A stretch of 64,000 bases of DNA from a virus, in IMG/VR virus record IMGVR_UViG_3300028283_000002, positions 6,438-70,437 of that record. The stretch is one strand, 5' to 3'. A program made the position numbers and the translations under genes. Positions 50,666 through 59,945 of the stretch are shown here, piece after piece (within the stretch, counting starts at the first letter, position 1; every line of letters begins with the position of its first letter). A model generated the notes under the pieces. That model ran no database searches and had not been told where the DNA came from. It saw only the letters and a list, made by a program, of their open reading frames with translations.

Positions 50666-50999
50666 TAATTATTTTTATGCCATATTTATCTGCCCAATCA
50701 TATATCTTATCTAAATATGGTAATATATTCTTCTCATTCTTTTCCTTTACCAACTTAACCAAATCATTCCAACACTCTTTACCTATACCAACTAAATTAT
50801 CTTTCTTACCAAGTAAAGCGTCTTTATATTTTTTAATGAACTCATTTACGTTCTTATCCTGCGAATATTTATTCCAAATATCAGTAACATCATACTCTAG
50901 TTCCCAATTAACTTCTTGAACGTCAAAATCATCCATAGAGTCTTCAATGGTAAGAGTAGATTGTTCGTTAACAAAGTCTTTGTAACTAGTTTTTATCAT
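50634..50999 (-). CDS. Hypothetical protein with CTS-like N-terminus
   Basis: MIKTSYKDFVNEQ. Confidence 0.7.
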   Translation of the reverse strand: MIKTSYKDFVNEQSTLTIEDSMDDFDVQEVNWELEYDVTDIWNKYSQDKNVNEFIKKYKDALLGKKDNLVGIGKECWNDLVKLVKEKNEKNILPYLDKIYDWADKYGIKIISGKNEKPEGE

Positions 51000-51015
51000 G
51001 TGTCTATAATTCTTT

Positions 51016-52188
51016 TTAGTCATGGTCTACGTAATTATAATATTGAAATGATTTCGCTTTATAATCTATATTCAAAGCGTCTGGTGTTAATAATTGGTTT
51101 GTATCTCTATTAAAATATTTGAAAGTGTCCATAAAAGGATTGTTTTGAGGAACACCGTAATCTCTTTTCACAGTAACTCTCTTCACACCGTTACGATCTC
51201 TTACCCAAGGACCTATCATATTATTCTTTTTACAATATTCAACCATCTTTAGTTCACTTGTATTATCTACTGAATAAATCCTATCCATGTAAACAGTACC
51301 GTCATCTAATTTCCAAATAAGTACTCTAGCCATCAACATCCCCTTATCATCTGTTAATATACCCATTGCGCATTTATCTGGATTTTCACAATAAATATCA
51401 AATCTTTTTTGCGATCTAGATGATCTCATACAAGAACCACCGATAGATCCTTGATGACCAGTTTCGCCTTTTCCGTAGGTAGTGCCAAGGTACCATTTTC
51501 TTATGTCCTCACCAACAACTACTTTCAAATTATCTTCTACGTTCTTTATTGTTTTTTCCCACAATAATTTAAATTGGGGAATAAGTGCGTCTATTTCTTT
51601 ATCAGTTAGATCTGGATCTAATTTTCTGAAAAATTTACCAATTTTCATAGTTTGTCTAAAACTGGCTTTATATGGATCTACTGCTTTATTTTTAATTTCT
51701 GATTTGAATTTGGATATAGGTACAAAAGAAATTAAATCACTTTTTTCAAAATCAACATTAACAAAACAAATATCGATATATTTTTTCTTTATTTTAAATT
51801 TTAGTTCAGCCAGAATATCTTTAATAAATTTACTACAATCAAATTCGACTAGATTTCCTCTAAGAAAATCTTTAGCTTCTTCTGGTGTAATTTTTATAAG
51901 ACTTCTGCCTTGACTTTTTGTGATAGTAAATGTATCTGTAAGTCTATATTTATGATAAGGCATCCATTGATAATCCCTTAATTTATTTTCTGGATCATCT
52001 GGTTTTTGTACTTTGATAGTATAAAAAGTTATTTTATCAACATCTGTAATAGTTTCAACTATAGCTAGTTTACCGTTAAGTTGTTGAACGCCACGAAAAT
52101 TCTTATCACAGATAACGTAGTCACCCTCTTTTATCTCTTCCTTTTTAACTGCTTCATTCAAAACTAAAAACTCATCATATTTGATCAT
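51016..52188 (-). CDS. SCM/RALLW/YMDR family paralog 3
   Basis: MIKYDEFLVLNEAVKK; GSIGGSCM, NPDKC, ARVLIW, YMDRIY, NPFMDTF, YVDHD*. Confidence 0.8.
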   Translation of the reverse strand: MIKYDEFLVLNEAVKKEEIKEGDYVICDKNFRGVQQLNGKLAIVETITDVDKITFYTIKVQKPDDPENKLRDYQWMPYHKYRLTDTFTITKSQGRSLIKITPEEAKDFLRGNLVEFDCSKFIKDILAELKFKIKKKYIDICFVNVDFEKSDLISFVPISKFKSEIKNKAVDPYKASFRQTMKIGKFFRKLDPDLTDKEIDALIPQFKLLWEKTIKNVEDNLKVVVGEDIRKWYLGTTYGKGETGHQGSIGGSCMRSSRSQKRFDIYCENPDKCAMGILTDDKGMLMARVLIWKLDDGTVYMDRIYSVDNTSELKMVEYCKKNNMIGPWVRDRNGVKRVTVKRDYGVPQNNPFMDTFKYFNRDTNQLLTPDALNIDYKAKSFQYYNYVDHD

Positions 52189-52206
52189 TAATTAGTTAAT
52201 TCTTTT

Positions 52207-52932
52207 TTACCATTTATCTCCTGGCCCATCTGGTCCATCTGAATCATATGCGCCGTATGCACCGTATGGAGCAACTATTCTTTTCTTCTTCTCTTCTCTT
52301 TCTTTCTTTTCTTCTCTTTCTCTTATCTCAATTGATTTTCTAGCCGTTTCTTCAGCTAATTTTCTTTCTTTTGCCAACGCAATAGCACCCCCATCAGGAT
52401 CTAAATCAATACCCATTACGTCTTTAGCACTTTTCATTTTCTTAATAATTTCTGGTTCAGGTTCAGCTTTTTGAATAGGAGCTATTCCGTCTTTTAATTC
52501 AAACCTATTTGGTGAAAAGTAATATTGGTTTCCGTTTTCAGCTAGTCTGTGACCTATATCGATATTAAGTTTATCGTTAACGTCAAGAACTTTGAAATAT
52601 TTATAAGTTACTAAAAAATCAATACAATCTGGTGGCATAGTCTTACTTGGTTTAGGATCTATACAAACGATCTTATCTCCAACCTTAAAGATTTTCTTAT
52701 CCTTTGGTTTCTTTTTCTTGCCACCTTTAATCATATCGTGGGCAGCTTGTAAATCCCAACCACAATCAGAAAGAGCTTCTTCGGCCATATCTTCGTCGAT
52801 GTTACAAGCTCTACTAAGCTTAGCAATTTTATCTCTACGTGAAGCAGATTTTGTTGAAGATGGAGAAGGCGAAGGACCTTCAGCTCCACACTCTTCGTAT
52901 AATTTTTTGTAACCATAAATATTACTTTTCAT
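52207..52932 (-). CDS. UBA/EF-Ts N-domain-like helical bundle plus SH3-like domain protein
   Basis: IAKLSRACNIDEDMAEEALSDCGWDLQAAHDMI; FKVGDKIVC. Confidence 0.55.
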   Translation of the reverse strand: MKSNIYGYKKLYEECGAEGPSPSPSSTKSASRRDKIAKLSRACNIDEDMAEEALSDCGWDLQAAHDMIKGGKKKKPKDKKIFKVGDKIVCIDPKPSKTMPPDCIDFLVTYKYFKVLDVNDKLNIDIGHRLAENGNQYYFSPNRFELKDGIAPIQKAEPEPEIIKKMKSAKDVMGIDLDPDGGAIALAKERKLAEETARKSIEIREREEKKEREEKKKRIVAPYGAYGAYDSDGPDGPGDKW

Positions 52933-52973
52933 ATCTTTTCAATTTTATTTTTATTAACTCTATATATTAAAAT

Positions 52974-53843
52974 TTATTCCCATACATATAATCCATTTCC
53001 CCAATTCCTGGAATTTAATCCACACTTTCTACAAATCCAACCTCCACCATGTTCTCTTTCCACCTTTGATTTTTTGTTACATTTAGGACAAGTATATATT
53101 TGAGTATCATCGTTATAAAAATCACTCAAAGGTAAAACCCCAGCGTCTAAAGGATTATTATAGTCTTCTAAAGGTCCATCAAAACCAAACACCTCATGGT
53201 CTGTGTCGTCAAATTCTTCTCCAAAAGAACAAACGTGCTTATCTCCTAAAATTTTCCCAATAAATTTATTTTGACCGTACCTGTTATTATTAGCACGCCA
53301 CTCAGCTAACAATTCATCACCTCTAGCCATTTGTTGGTGATATAGTTCTATCTCTCTATCCCATCTACCTGGTTGCCTTGCTAACTCTCTATCATCCCAA
53401 ATCTCTTCCCCGTATGGATCTAGTTCTCCCCTTGGATCACCAGCTTTATATTTAGTATTTTCATCAACCTCCCACAACTCTTCACCGTAAGGATCTAGAT
53501 ATGGGTCAAAAATTTGTTTAATAGAGGACATCACTTCTATTTTATCGTTAAATGAAATGGAAGTGAAATTTTGATCTTGTGGGTTCTTTGTAGAAAATAA
53601 TTTAAAATAATCTCTATTTGGCCAAACAACTACTCTCATTGGTACGATGTTTGTATTCTTAACTCTTCCTCTAAAATCTTTTTGTACTATATTTAATCTT
53701 CTACCTAATAACATTTTTTTAAATTGAGGTATAGCTCTCTTTCTATCGTTGGCGCATTGTAACAACACTTCATTGAAAGAAAAAACGTCCCCAATTTTAA
53801 CTGTAACAGCTTCATTTATATATGTAGAAAAATTAGTTATCAT
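52974..53843 (-). CDS. CTS-like N-terminus, two internal DPYGEExW motifs, C-terminal Zn ribbon
   Basis: MITNFSTYINEAV; LDPYGEELW; LDPYGEEIW; CPKC...CRKC. Confidence 0.75.
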   Translation of the reverse strand: MITNFSTYINEAVTVKIGDVFSFNEVLLQCANDRKRAIPQFKKMLLGRRLNIVQKDFRGRVKNTNIVPMRVVVWPNRDYFKLFSTKNPQDQNFTSISFNDKIEVMSSIKQIFDPYLDPYGEELWEVDENTKYKAGDPRGELDPYGEEIWDDRELARQPGRWDREIELYHQQMARGDELLAEWRANNNRYGQNKFIGKILGDKHVCSFGEEFDDTDHEVFGFDGPLEDYNNPLDAGVLPLSDFYNDDTQIYTCPKCNKKSKVEREHGGGWICRKCGLNSRNWGNGLYVWE

Positions 53844-54808
53844 GCTAGTTCAAAAAATTCTTTTATAACAGATTTTTTAAGTTTTACTCCACCCTTATCG
53901 TCTTCGTCATTTTTACCACCTTTAAACCTCTTAGCTAAAATATTTATATCACCTACCATAGTTACAATATAAACTAAATGTGTTGCACTTTTTGGTCTAA
54001 TTCTATCACCTTCTTCTAAATCTTTTGTCCAGTCATCGTCCTCTTCCTCTGGTTGTACAACTTTAGTAAAATCATCAGCACTTTTTATAACTCCTTGATG
54101 ATCAGCCCATGTTTTATAATCATATTTAACATATTTCTTTCTCGGTGAAAATCTATAAGCCGAATTAAATTCTACTCCTGTTTTACCAAAATCTCTTTCC
54201 AATACTTCAAGTATATATCTCTTTGGTTCAAAATTTGCGAGTGCCTTTAACTCTGGTGAAACTTGTAAATGATCAATAGGTGGAAATAGAGGGAAATCAG
54301 CTCTTTCTACACCCATAACCCAAAATCTTGGTATAGTGTGATCTCTTGCCCCGTCTCTAAGAGGTTCTCTATCTGTGTAGATTATACCACTACCATATTT
54401 CTTTAAAACAGATTTGTATATAGCTTCTTGTGGTATCGGCATATGGGAACCGTAATAACCGTAAAGATATTTAACTTCGTCACCTTTCTTAATAGGTACA
54501 GTGAATTCTTCGTCATTTATCATAGACTCACCTTTGTAAAACATTCTTCTTCCCCATATCTTGCCCTCATTGTTATAACAGACAAAACAAGATATATTTT
54601 TGGTGTTCATTGTGTAGAAATCAAATGATTCTGGAGTATTTTCATCACCTGATCCAAAACCAACTTCTTCAAAGAAACGCCAATTTTGACCTCCACCGAA
54701 AGAATTCTTCACATTGAAGTTAGCACAAGAGTAACCGAAATCTTTTGCTAGATAGTTTCCGTCGTATGCCATCATTATATCTTTACCTACTAATTCTTTT
54801 ACTTTCAT
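53840..54808 (-). CDS. Divergent SCM-family-like protein
   Basis: VGKDIMMAY, GYSCANF, NTKNISC, WGRRMFY, FPPIDHL occur in the same order as the family motifs. Confidence 0.5.
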   Translation of the reverse strand: MKVKELVGKDIMMAYDGNYLAKDFGYSCANFNVKNSFGGGQNWRFFEEVGFGSGDENTPESFDFYTMNTKNISCFVCYNNEGKIWGRRMFYKGESMINDEEFTVPIKKGDEVKYLYGYYGSHMPIPQEAIYKSVLKKYGSGIIYTDREPLRDGARDHTIPRFWVMGVERADFPLFPPIDHLQVSPELKALANFEPKRYILEVLERDFGKTGVEFNSAYRFSPRKKYVKYDYKTWADHQGVIKSADDFTKVVQPEEEDDDWTKDLEEGDRIRPKSATHLVYIVTMVGDINILAKRFKGGKNDEDDKGGVKLKKSVIKEFFELA

Positions 54809-54824
54809 ATTTTTATTTTATTTT

Positions 54825-55136
54825 TTATTCATCTTCCCATACTTCTTCACCATATGGATCTAATTCTCCTCTTGGGTTTCCACCGATATCTTCGAACGCG
54901 GATCTAAGTTCATTTAGAATAGTAAACAAAGCGTTCGAAAAATCACCAATAGTAACGTTTTCAATTATTTTTTTACTATCGTGTTTAGAAAGCTCTTTTT
55001 TAGTTTCATCCCTCAATGATCTCAATATGTTGATTATATCAGTTTTAGAAATCCAAATATCGCCATCGATCTCTTTCCATTTACTAGATCTCAACCCTTT
55101 ATGTTCATCAGATTCGTTAAATCTTTTAATTCTCAT
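54825..55136 (-). CDS. CTS-like N-terminus plus DPYGEE tail protein
   Basis: MRIKRFNES ... PRGELDPYGEEVWEDE*. Confidence 0.8.
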   Translation of the reverse strand: MRIKRFNESDEHKGLRSSKWKEIDGDIWISKTDIINILRSLRDETKKELSKHDSKKIIENVTIGDFSNALFTILNELRSAFEDIGGNPRGELDPYGEEVWEDE

Positions 55137-55171
55137 AAATAAAAAAGTTTTATTTTATACCGCTATATATA

Positions 55172-55210
55172 AAATAAAAATCCCAGACTTTCGATCTGGG
55201 ATTTTTATTT
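55172..55210. terminator. Bidirectional rho-independent terminator after rtcB
   Basis: AAATAAAAATCCCAGA-CTTTCGA-TCTGGGATTTTTATTT perfect 16-bp stem. Confidence 0.85.
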
Positions 55211-56699
55211 ATGACTTACCTCTTATTGTTCTTAATATCTTTCGATCTTTTCTAAATTTTTTATTATCTACAAAATCATCATCGCCTATTTGACGTTTCT
55301 TTTCTTTTTCATTCTTTCTCATATCTTTAAAATTTTCATTTTCAGATGATTTTATATTTAATATTGGTTTAATTCTATCTATGATAATAGCTGTTGGACC
55401 AATAGCTTTTTCAATCATTTTAGGATCTTTATAAACTCTTGGACTCTCATCCAATGTTGATTTACATACAGAAGTTGAAACTATGTTTTTCATATCAAAT
55501 TTGAATCTTTCTAAATCTAATGTTCTGTTTGCTTGTCCTCTGCTCATAATTCTACCAGCTCCATGATTTGCTGAAAAATTCCATTCGGGGTTAGATTTAC
55601 CTTCACATATTAACATACCATCCTTCATAGAAAGTGGAATAATCATTCTTTGTCCAATGTACGACGTTATGGCCCCTTTACGGATAATCATATTTTCTTC
55701 TTCAAAATTTATATAGTTATGAATAGATTCAATTCTTTCCTCTTCTTTCAAAGATAAGGCTTCAAGTATTCTATTTATAATAGTTTCTCTATTAAATTTA
55801 GAATAAAATTGAGCAAAAATCATATCCGTAAAATAATCTATAGCATATTGACCTTCTAAATATTCAGAGCCATTCATATTAGTTTCAAAATCAATATCCA
55901 ATTCTTTCTTGATATCTTTAATCTTGAAATCAATATCTATTTTTGGAAAATTCCTTTTAATATCTTCTATTTTTTCTTTTAAAATTACTCTTCTCTTGTA
56001 TTCGAGATTTTCTTTGGCTATTTTCATATGATATTCACATATCATTTTTCCGAAATTTCTAGAACCAGTATGAACAGTGATCCAAAAAGTTTTATAAGTA
56101 TCTGATAATCCAATCTCTAGATAATGATTGCCGGACCCGAGCGTTCCTATACCAAATTCAGCATTTTGTCTCATTCCAATTTGTTTGCATTTTTCAATGA
56201 ACCAATCGTATGTAAATTCAATTGAAGTATAATTGGTATTAAATTTTTTATTATAACATAGAATAAATTTCTTAGATTGATCATTAGTTTCTTTCCAATT
56301 AAAATTTTCCTCAAAATAATTAGATGGAACAGAACTTCTATCCATGATATTATTCCCCATAGGTATAATTTTTCTAATTTTTTCATTAATTTTTAAAAGT
56401 TCATCTCTGTTAGTCGTGAGAATTTTACCTACATTAACAGATAAAACTGAACATCCAATGTCTACGCCGATCCAAGCTGGGGATAATTTTTCACCTAATT
56501 CTATGGTCATTCCGATCACAGCATTCCCCGCACCTGCGTGAACGTCTGGCATTACTACTATTTTACAACCCCTTGTCGCAATATTACTCACGATATTGTA
56601 AATCTGTTTCAATGCAGATTCTTCAACATCATCTATCATAATCTTAGCAGTTGTGTATTTTCCCTTAATTTCTAACATAATTTTTATGTATTTATACAA
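55209..56699 (-). CDS. rtcB: RtcB RNA ligase
   Basis: MPDVHAG, GVDIGC, GTLGSGNHYLE, HTGSR, IHNY, RKGA, HGAGR.MSR, DESP..YK. Confidence 0.95.
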   Translation of the reverse strand: MYKYIKIMLEIKGKYTTAKIMIDDVEESALKQIYNIVSNIATRGCKIVVMPDVHAGAGNAVIGMTIELGEKLSPAWIGVDIGCSVLSVNVGKILTTNRDELLKINEKIRKIIPMGNNIMDRSSVPSNYFEENFNWKETNDQSKKFILCYNKKFNTNYTSIEFTYDWFIEKCKQIGMRQNAEFGIGTLGSGNHYLEIGLSDTYKTFWITVHTGSRNFGKMICEYHMKIAKENLEYKRRVILKEKIEDIKRNFPKIDIDFKIKDIKKELDIDFETNMNGSEYLEGQYAIDYFTDMIFAQFYSKFNRETIINRILEALSLKEEERIESIHNYINFEEENMIIRKGAITSYIGQRMIIPLSMKDGMLICEGKSNPEWNFSANHGAGRIMSRGQANRTLDLERFKFDMKNIVSTSVCKSTLDESPRVYKDPKMIEKAIGPTAIIIDRIKPILNIKSSENENFKDMRKNEKEKKRQIGDDDFVDNKKFRKDRKILRTIRGKS

Positions 56700-56792
56700 A
56701 ATTACAACACTTCTTCAAATAAAAAAAATAAAAACTGAAAAAAATGATATTTTTCTATTTATATATAATGTAATACAAAATAAGACAAAATT

Positions 56793-56954
56793 ATGACAAA
56801 ACAAGAAAGAAAAATGATAAGTTTTAGACTTCACGCAGATTTATATGAATTTATTAAAAAAAATTCAGAAATTGATTATGCGTCGATTTCTAGATATATT
56901 ATAAATTTGATAATAGAAGATAAAAAAAATAAAGAAAAAAATGAAAAGAATTAA
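56793..56954 (+). CDS. Ribbon-helix-helix protein, 53 aa
   Basis: Manual translation MTKQERKMISFRLHADLYEFIKKNSEIDYASISRYIINLIIEDKKNKEKNEKN; TTATATATA at 56759-56767. Confidence 0.75.
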   Translation: MTKQERKMISFRLHADLYEFIKKNSEIDYASISRYIINLIIEDKKNKEKNEKN

Positions 56955-58101
56955 AAAACCTAATGGATATTGGTCCTTTGAAAGATGTCAAAAAGAGGCC
57001 TTAAAATATAATACCAGAAAAGAATTTTTTCTAAAAAACTCAGGGTGTTATGATAAATCTATTAAACAGGGTTGGATGGAACAAATATGTGGACACATGG
57101 TCATGGGTAGTGTTTTTTGGACTAAAGAAAAATGTCAAGAAGAATCCTTGAAATACAAAACTAGAAATGAATTTAGATTAAATAGTTTGGCTTACGCTTC
57201 ATCATTAAGAAACAAATGGTTAGATGAAATTTGTTCACACATGTCAGAAATTAGGAAACCGACTGGGTATTGGACAAAAGAAAGATGTAAAGAAGTAGCA
57301 GAAAAATGTGATTCAAAAATAGAATTCAATAGAAAATATAGAGGAGCATATTTATCTTCATGTAAAAATAATTGGTTAAATGAGATTTGTTCAAATATGA
57401 TAGGACCAAACAGGAAAAATAAAAAATGGTTGATATATTCCTTTATAATTTTAGATAAATATGTATATATTGGATTAACAAGTGATGAAAAATCGAGAAA
57501 TCACTTTCATTTAACTAATAAAAAAAGTGCAGTTTATCAATTCACAACAGAAAATAAAATTGAAAAAGAAAAAATTAAATATAAGATCGAAATAGATAAT
57601 ATAGTAGATGAAAATCTATCAGCTTCATTAGAAAAATTTTATTTAAATTCATATTTGAAAAAAGGATATATTAAGTTGAATAAGAATGAAACTGGCGGTT
57701 TGGGCGGAATGATTTTGAAATGGACGAAAGAAAGATGTGAAGATGCAGCCAAATCTTGTAAAACTAGATCGGAATTTAGTAATAAATTCGAAGGCGCGTA
57801 TAGTTCATCTAGAAAAAATAAATGGTTAGAAGAAATATGTTTTCATATGAAACCGATTAATAGAAAACCAAATAATTACTGGACAAAAGAACTATGTTTT
57901 GATATAGCTAAGAATTACAAAACTAAATATGAATTTGAAAAAAAATCTAAAGGCGCCTATAAATATGCTTTAAGAAATAATTTATTGCGTTCCGTGATAA
58001 GTAACACCTGGTTTATTTGGTGTTCTATTACTCAAGTAATACCTTTTATTCTTCTCATCTACACAAGAGTACCTCATTGTGTCCATGAATGGATTTCCTG
58101 A
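56941..58101 (+). mobile_element. GIY-YIG homing endonuclease with tandem helical repeats
   Basis: LIYSF...VYIGLT...R...E...N core flanked by about five YWTxExC...YxxRxEF...WL repeats. Confidence 0.85.
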
Positions 58102-59109
58102 TGATGGTTTGTGTTTACCACCCCAGTCTTTAGGTAATGTTACTTCCAGGAGACCAGCGTCTCCTATATTGTAACTTTTCATACCATTTTTCTTGGCGTA
58201 ATCCATTAAAATAGTTTTTTCTTCTGGTCCTATTGCATATACTCTATCCATGTAAACTTGCCCGTCATCTAATCTCCATACAACTGCTCTAGCCATTAAT
58301 TTATCGTCTTCGTTTGTATATGTACAAAGAGCAATTTTATCTGGATTTTCACAATATAAATTAAAATAAACAGAACAACTTGAGCTACTCATACAAGAAT
58401 TCCAAAGTTCTGACGAACCATAAGAACTCTTAGCGTAATGTTCGTTACTATACCAATATCTAATATCTTCACCTGTAACTACATCAAGATTTTTACCTTC
58501 ACCGAGTACGATGACTTTAAAAGCCGCCCTATAAAGAGTAACTAATTCCTCAACTTGTTTATCAGATAATGTTGGAATAAGTTTTTTAAGAGTTCTACCA
58601 ACCTTCATAGCTTGTCTACCTTTTTTAAGGTCTGGGTCGCCTTCAAATTTCTTTGCTGGAAGATATGTTATAACTTCCATATTATCTTTATCAATATCAA
58701 AGAATGATACGTCAATATATTCTTCTGTTGGTTCGAATTTCATTCTTCTAAAAATTCTTAATAATTCAGTAGATGCTTTATAAGGTACAACTTCTCTATT
58801 TTGAATTTTCTTTGCTAAATCTTCTGGAATTATTTCATAAATATTATCTATTGGTACGTACAAACAATGTTTTGGTTTGCCTATGTCTTTGTGACCAGAG
58901 TGTAATCTAGGAGAAAAAGAAACAAGAAATTCGATAAGAATATAACCATATTCCTTCATTTCGATAACGTTACCAAGTTGGGAACTAACATCAATACCGT
59001 CCCATTGACCCATGGTTCTCACCATTTTACCAATAGCTAGGTCTGCTCTTGTTGGTTTCTTAGGTGTTTTTTTCACAGCTTCATTTATAAAATTGTTATA
59101 AGTTATCAT
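57982..59109 (-). CDS. SCM/RALLW/YMDR family paralog 4
   Basis: MITYNNFINEAVKK; SELWNSCM, NPDKI, ARAVVW, YMDRVY, NPFMDTM. Confidence 0.8.
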   Translation of the reverse strand: MITYNNFINEAVKKTPKKPTRADLAIGKMVRTMGQWDGIDVSSQLGNVIEMKEYGYILIEFLVSFSPRLHSGHKDIGKPKHCLYVPIDNIYEIIPEDLAKKIQNREVVPYKASTELLRIFRRMKFEPTEEYIDVSFFDIDKDNMEVITYLPAKKFEGDPDLKKGRQAMKVGRTLKKLIPTLSDKQVEELVTLYRAAFKVIVLGEGKNLDVVTGEDIRYWYSNEHYAKSSYGSSELWNSCMSSSSCSVYFNLYCENPDKIALCTYTNEDDKLMARAVVWRLDDGQVYMDRVYAIGPEEKTILMDYAKKNGMKSYNIGDAGLLEVTLPKDWGGKHKPSSGNPFMDTMRYSCVDEKNKRYYLSNRTPNKPGVTYHGTQ

Positions 59110-59126
59110 TTCTTTATCAGATTCTT

Positions 59127-59849
59127 TTAATTTTCCCAATTCTCTTCACCGTAAGGGTCTAGGGTCTTTAATCTCATATCCATTATTTTAATTGGTTGTG
59201 TATGAATTAATAATTGTGAAGTTTTATCGTCACATTCAACTATGATAAAATCTTGTGTTGTACCATTATGTACACCAATTCTAATAACATGTTTAGTGTA
59301 TTTTATTTGATCTCCGCCTTTTATCGGTTTACCCTGATAGGTTAAGAGTTGATCAAGAAAATGTTCTTCAAAGAAATCTAAAAATTTACCAACATCAAAT
59401 AACTTCGATTTTCCTTCGTCTTGCCAATTATATCTTACCTTTCTTTCCTTATCTTCAAATATAACAGGGTAATAATCACCCTTATTGTTACCAAGTATTA
59501 CGTCATTTACTTCTAAAATCTTTTGTCTTCCATTTTCATCCACCACACCAATTATCTTACCATTTATGGATTTTTTCAATTCTTCTATCATTAACTCAGC
59601 AGATTCTTTCTTTGCGCTCTCAACTGCGACCTTTTTTTCTTTTTCTAGGTCACTCATTTTTTTCTTAAGTTCAGCCAGAGCCTTCTCTATATCTCTAGTG
59701 TTCTTATTAGTGGTATTGGTCAAAATATTTTGAAAATCATTATAAAATGACTTAGTATCGTATATTTTCTTAGCTCCTGGTGGATCTGGTTTTATCATAT
59801 CTTCATTTAAGACTTCAAGATTTAAATAAGAATTATATTTCTTTAACAT
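59127..59849 (-). CDS. CTS-like N-terminus, two putative beta-barrels, DPYGEE tail
   Basis: MLKKYNSYLNLEVLNE ... LDPYGEENWEN*. Confidence 0.75.
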   Translation of the reverse strand: MLKKYNSYLNLEVLNEDMIKPDPPGAKKIYDTKSFYNDFQNILTNTTNKNTRDIEKALAELKKKMSDLEKEKKVAVESAKKESAELMIEELKKSINGKIIGVVDENGRQKILEVNDVILGNNKGDYYPVIFEDKERKVRYNWQDEGKSKLFDVGKFLDFFEEHFLDQLLTYQGKPIKGGDQIKYTKHVIRIGVHNGTTQDFIIVECDDKTSQLLIHTQPIKIMDMRLKTLDPYGEENWEN

Positions 59850-59945
59850 GATACTATATATAATTTTTTAAATCTTATTTTTTGAATTACAAAGTTAGAA
59901 AAATTTTTCAAAATATCTATTTTATTTTTCTTATATATTAATTTT

